IMG/VR virus record: IMGVR_UViG_3300036770_001413
Coordinates: 32,001-96,000 of that record
Strand: one strand, 5' to 3'
Length of the DNA stretch: 64,000 nucleotides
Source of the DNA: a virus
Made by a program: the position numbers and the translations under genes. The notes beneath the pieces were generated by a model that saw nothing but the letters and a program-made list of their open reading frames with translations, had not been told where the DNA came from and did no database searches. Below are positions 60,550 to 64,000 of this stretch, piece by piece. Every line of letters starts with the position of its first letter. Within the stretch, counting starts at the first letter, position 1.

Positions 60550-60575
60550 AAGGGGCTGGCGCAAGTCAGCCCCTT
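60550..60575 (+). terminator. Terminator hairpin
   Basis: AAGGGGCTGGC-GCAA-GTCAGCCCCTT. Confidence 0.7.
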
Positions 60576-60609
60576 ATGATATAATCGAGGGTTCAAAGAG
60601 AGGCGGAAC

Positions 60610-60918
60610 ATGAGAAGAAGAACCAAAGTAGATAAAGTAATAGATAGTTTAGAAGAAATCCTAAACGACCATCATTTTCACCCAGCGTTATTTGCTAATA
60701 TCATTATCACAAGTTATCCACCATATACCCAAAGTAAATTATTAGAACTAATTAAGTATATTGAGGAATATCATTACCAAGAACTGGCTCTCGATGAGAA
60801 AACAAAAACGGGGGCTTACCGAAATAATAACCCAGTACAAATTAAATCAGATAACAGTTGGGTACATGAAGAATTCCATGGACAACCTGCTCGTATCAAT
60901 ACACAAGCAGTAATATAA
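60610..60918 (+). CDS. Hypothetical protein
   Basis: TGATATAAT promoter and GAGG RBS. Confidence 0.6.
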   Translation: MRRRTKVDKVIDSLEEILNDHHFHPALFANIIITSYPPYTQSKLLELIKYIEEYHYQELALDEKTKTGAYRNNNPVQIKSDNSWVHEEFHGQPARINTQAVI

Positions 60919-61691
60919 ACTAATCTAATATAATACACCTAGGGGTGAATTGGACATATATGTCCGATTTGCCCCTTTTGTGTTAACTATTAGCGGGCAA
61001 AAATTCCCCTTTACGAGAGCATATAAAAAATCCCAGAAAATTTGATCATTATCTAAAAGAATATAACAAAATGTTATAATAATATAACTAAATAGATATA
61101 ATATTGATCAGAATCTGGGTAAATTCTGGAGCATATTTCTGGCTAAATATAGCCATATTTATGGCTACGAGCCAAAATTCTCCTTTACGAGGCATTGACA
61201 AAAATCCTGGAAAATGCTGCATATGGATCCTATTGACATTACGACATGAATATAGTAGTGCTCAATTACACATATATCTATTTAATTATTATACAATAAC
61301 ATTTCGTTATGAATCTATAACCATTTTACTCCACAATGCTCCACAATACTCCACTTTAAAGGCCTTAGAAAGGCCATAGAGAGGAGATAAATTGGAGGGG
61401 GGTAGGAGAAGATAGGAATCTATCTGATCAAATTTCTACAGGAATTGTAGCTACTCTTTATAGATCTTTATAGTATTCCAGATTATATATAGGGTTATAG
61501 CTGAGAATGTTATACCCATACCATAGAACCATATCCATACTATTCTGGCAAAGAGGTCTATTTTGATTCCCCCGCCCCTTTATGCCAGTCACCTATATTT
61601 GGATCCATCATATTTGGATTAACTGGTAGTCCAGATGGATATATTATATGTATAACTCCTGGTTGACTAAGATCAATTATCCTATCTTCTG

Positions 61692-62063
61692 TCATTTCTT
61701 AATTACCCTAAATGCATCCCCTGTCCATGGGTCTACATATTTCCAAGGCTGGGGGGAATCAGGATCTATCGTTCCTGTCTTCTCCCAATATGGAACTCCA
61801 TCTTCATCATAATCTTCCCAAGCTTGCCCATCCATAGGCCAATCTATTTTATAGAATGTTCCATACTTGCGATACATAGGCCATAGTAGTCTATAAATAG
61901 CAGAGTTAATTGTTTGTCTAATTCCTCTATCTATTCCATCTTCATCTAGCCATGCCGCTCTCATTACTGCCGAAGATGCTCTTGATCCCGCCCAATTTGC
62001 AATCCATCGTAAGGGTGGCCTAGAGTTATGCTCTACAATTGAATCATCTAAAAAGTTTCTCAT
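61692..62063 (-). CDS. Hypothetical Trp-rich protein
   Basis: GGAGG RBS before MRNFLDD. Confidence 0.6.
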   Translation of the reverse strand: MRNFLDDSIVEHNSRPPLRWIANWAGSRASSAVMRAAWLDEDGIDRGIRQTINSAIYRLLWPMYRKYGTFYKIDWPMDGQAWEDYDEDGVPYWEKTGTIDPDSPQPWKYVDPWTGDAFRVIKK

Positions 62064-62204
62064 TAGTATCCGCCTCCACATTCATTTCTCGTATGATATA
62101 ACCGATTGGTTATATATTCTGATCTTGTGGGCGCAAATAGCTCTTTACGACAGGATGCACAAAATCCCTGCCACTCTCGCCCAAAAAAGTCATACCACAT
62201 AAAT

Positions 62205-62492
62205 CTAGACATTGTTGCCTCGTGCTATCTCTGCTGCATAATGAAATGGACAATCACATTGAATTAATACTGGACATTGAGACTCGATATCTCTGGCAAT
62301 AATTTCTCTCAAGTTGTATTCAAGAGAAAAAGCTTTAGCCTTCCTTTTGGTTTTATTTACCATTTCACCATTTGGATCATGCACATGGCACCAACCATTA
62401 CGCCATTCTTCTCCACCTATGGGGCATTCTTTGCCCTTTCTGGTGATAGCAGGGCATTTGATGCCCGTTTGAGGCATATACTTATATTTCAT
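62205..62492 (-). CDS. Cys/His zinc-finger protein
   Basis: CPAITRKGKEC...WCHVH; TTGACT-N18-TATAAT upstream. Confidence 0.6.
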   Translation of the reverse strand: MKYKYMPQTGIKCPAITRKGKECPIGGEEWRNGWCHVHDPNGEMVNKTKRKAKAFSLEYNLREIIARDIESQCPVLIQCDCPFHYAAEIARGNNV

Positions 62493-62580
62493 ATCCGCCT
62501 TCTATCTCTCGCCGCACTTTTGCGTTTCACTTTTGGTCACAATGAGTATTATATAATATATATAGAAGATTAGTCAATAG

Positions 62581-62781
62581 CTAGATTGACCACCAGCCCC
62601 TTATAGTTCCGCCGTCTACAGGGCATATATAGGCCTTTGGAGCCTCTGATTTATAGTATTCTACAAATAACTTGTGTTGCTTTTCATGATCAGGCTCATG
62701 AGTATCTGAGCCACAATATGGGCATATCTTGGAATAAACATACTCATAAACATGCTTGCACTGCACGAACAGCCGCCTCAA
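62581..62781 (-). CDS. Small Cys-rich protein
   Basis: CKH...CPYCG. Confidence 0.55.
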   Translation of the reverse strand: MRRLFVQCKHVYEYVYSKICPYCGSDTHEPDHEKQHKLFVEYYKSEAPKAYICPVDGGTIRGWWSI

Positions 62782-62882
62782 TCTGCATGTAAAAATCCTA
62801 ACTCTTCTAATTCATCGATAGACGTATCGATAGTTCTTGTGCACTCTTTCGTGCAATCTCCACACTCTTTACACATAATAAG

Positions 62883-62917
62883 TTCCCCGCCAAGTCCTAT
62901 TGGGGACTAGCGGGGAA
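62883..62917 (-). terminator. Terminator hairpin
   Basis: TTCCCCGC...GCGGGGAA inverted repeat after 62922..63131. Confidence 0.6.
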
Positions 62918-62921
62918 TTCT

Positions 62922-63439
62922 CTATACCTTCTTTGGCCTCGTCTTTTTTGGAGCAATTGTAGTTTCTCTACGAATACCATGACGATTACGATCTATTTTA
63001 ATAGGTCTCTTCTCTTGTATTCCAGATTTAAATTTGCCCTGACTTGGTTTCTTTCGCCCAACTTCTGCAGCAGTGACTGCTCCTGATGGCTGGTCCGTTG
63101 GAGGACTATCCATTCCCGTTCCATTATTCATTAATGAATCGCAATCTCTCCTGTTGACTTGCTGTCATATTAAGCGTAAGCCCTGACTCGCCATCTCTTG
63201 AAACATTAAGCACTCCTCCTGGAATGCTTACTTCGCCAGTTTGGCTGCCAAAAGTATCGGCAGTAGGCTTCTTTTCCATCTTACTTGCCTCCGTTGCCTA
63301 GACCTGCGCCATCTTGTGATGACACGTCTTTTGCAGGGAATGCTGGTTTTGGCTCTTGGCCAGTTGGATTTAAGTCAAGGTTGTTTGTTGCTCCAGCCTT
63401 GGTATCGTTAAATCCTGTTAAGTTTAATCCGTCTGACAT
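62922..63439 (-). CDS. Three small low-complexity proteins
   Basis: ORFs 63281-63439 (AGGAG RBS), 63124-63279 and 62922-63131; TGCTATAAT at 63495-63503. Confidence 0.55.
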
Positions 63440-63716
63440 TTTATTCTCCTATAGGTTTGTATTTAAGCGGTTCTAGAAAGCCGCTCATTCCTCTATTATA
63501 GCATTTTCGTCATCTTCTATGTCAAAGATGTCGTCTGGGAGGGCAGCGATTTTCTCTACCGCCCTCCAGATGATATTAGCTATTTTTTCGATCATATTTT
63601 ATACTTTTCGTGCCAACAATCATCGCAAATGAAAATAAATTTGCTTTCTGTGCTGGTGAATCTGGTTGAATCGTTCTCGCAACCCTTCATTTCGCACCTT
63701 TCTTTATATTCCATTT

Positions 63717-63854
63717 TTATGATTTTCTAGCCTTCACACGGTTATATCCAGTTTTCTTCTTATTCATAGATCCTGGGACCTTACCGCCTGGACCCTTATG
63801 GTTTCTCCTTCGGATTTCCAGGGATGCAGCTATTTTTTCGTGGTGTTTTCCCAT
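63717..63854 (-). CDS. Small basic protein (45 aa)
   Basis: MGKHHEKIAASLEIRRRNHKGPGGKVPGSMNKKK... Confidence 0.5.
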   Translation of the reverse strand: MGKHHEKIAASLEIRRRNHKGPGGKVPGSMNKKKTGYNRVKARKS

Positions 63855-64000
63855 TTACTTCTTCTTTGGGGTTGATTTCTTTACGGTCTTCTTAGCTGGA
63901 GACTTCTTTGCAGGAGCCTTCTTTTTTGCTGGAGACTTCTTTGCTGCTTTCTTCACAACAGTCACCTTTCTTTCAAAAGGGGTTCCCTCTTGAACTAGTC
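63855..64000 (-). CDS. Histone-like Lys/Ala/Pro-rich C-terminus (partial)
   Basis: ...KKAAKKSPAKKKAPAKKSPAKKTVKKSTPKKK*. Confidence 0.65.
   Translation of the reverse strand, partial: LVQEGTPFERKVTVVKKAAKKSPAKKKAPAKKSPAKKTVKKSTPKKK

Noticed and set aside
48900-61000. LexA/SOS boxes (CGAAC-N4-GTTCG) at early promoters
   Set aside because: None found by eye; the damage-related signal is PafBC-type only.

Overview
This window is part of a large, AT-rich siphovirus genome. An actinobacterial host is inferred from an Lsr2-like gene, GAAAGGA ribosome-binding sites, leaderless genes and actinobacterial promoter motifs; the low GC suggests a freshwater lineage. (1) 1-13.7 kb, minus strand: core morphogenesis genes, namely tape measure (partial), G/GT tail chaperones with a -1 slippery site, major tail, neck genes, major capsid, protease/scaffold and portal. 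(2) 13.7-43.2 kb, minus strand: about 40 modular fibre/decoration genes with recurring C-terminus/N-terminus pairings between neighbours, plus a glycosyltransferase and a sulfotransferase-like fusion. (3) 43.3-49.2 kb: holin-like gene, class II RNR, glycosyltransferase, secreted lytic transglycosylase, tRNA-Asn and HNH. (4) 49.3-60.9 kb, plus strand: an early/host-takeover region of small ORFs. (5) 61.7-64 kb: small minus-strand genes. The strongest signal is regulatory. Fourteen early-region promoters have the exact architecture TGTCRG-N10-TANNNT, which is the actinobacterial PafBC (RecA-NDp) DNA-damage promoter. They lie among CRP boxes, two parS-like sites, two DnaA boxes, GACACGCC (WhiA-like) motifs and an unknown co-oriented bipartite motif. 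Early genes share an AACGAAAGGA(A) leader, and an intergenic structured RNA at about 57.9-58.05 kb carries its exact antisense, suggesting one sRNA silences the whole early regulon. All calls were made by eye with no database searches.
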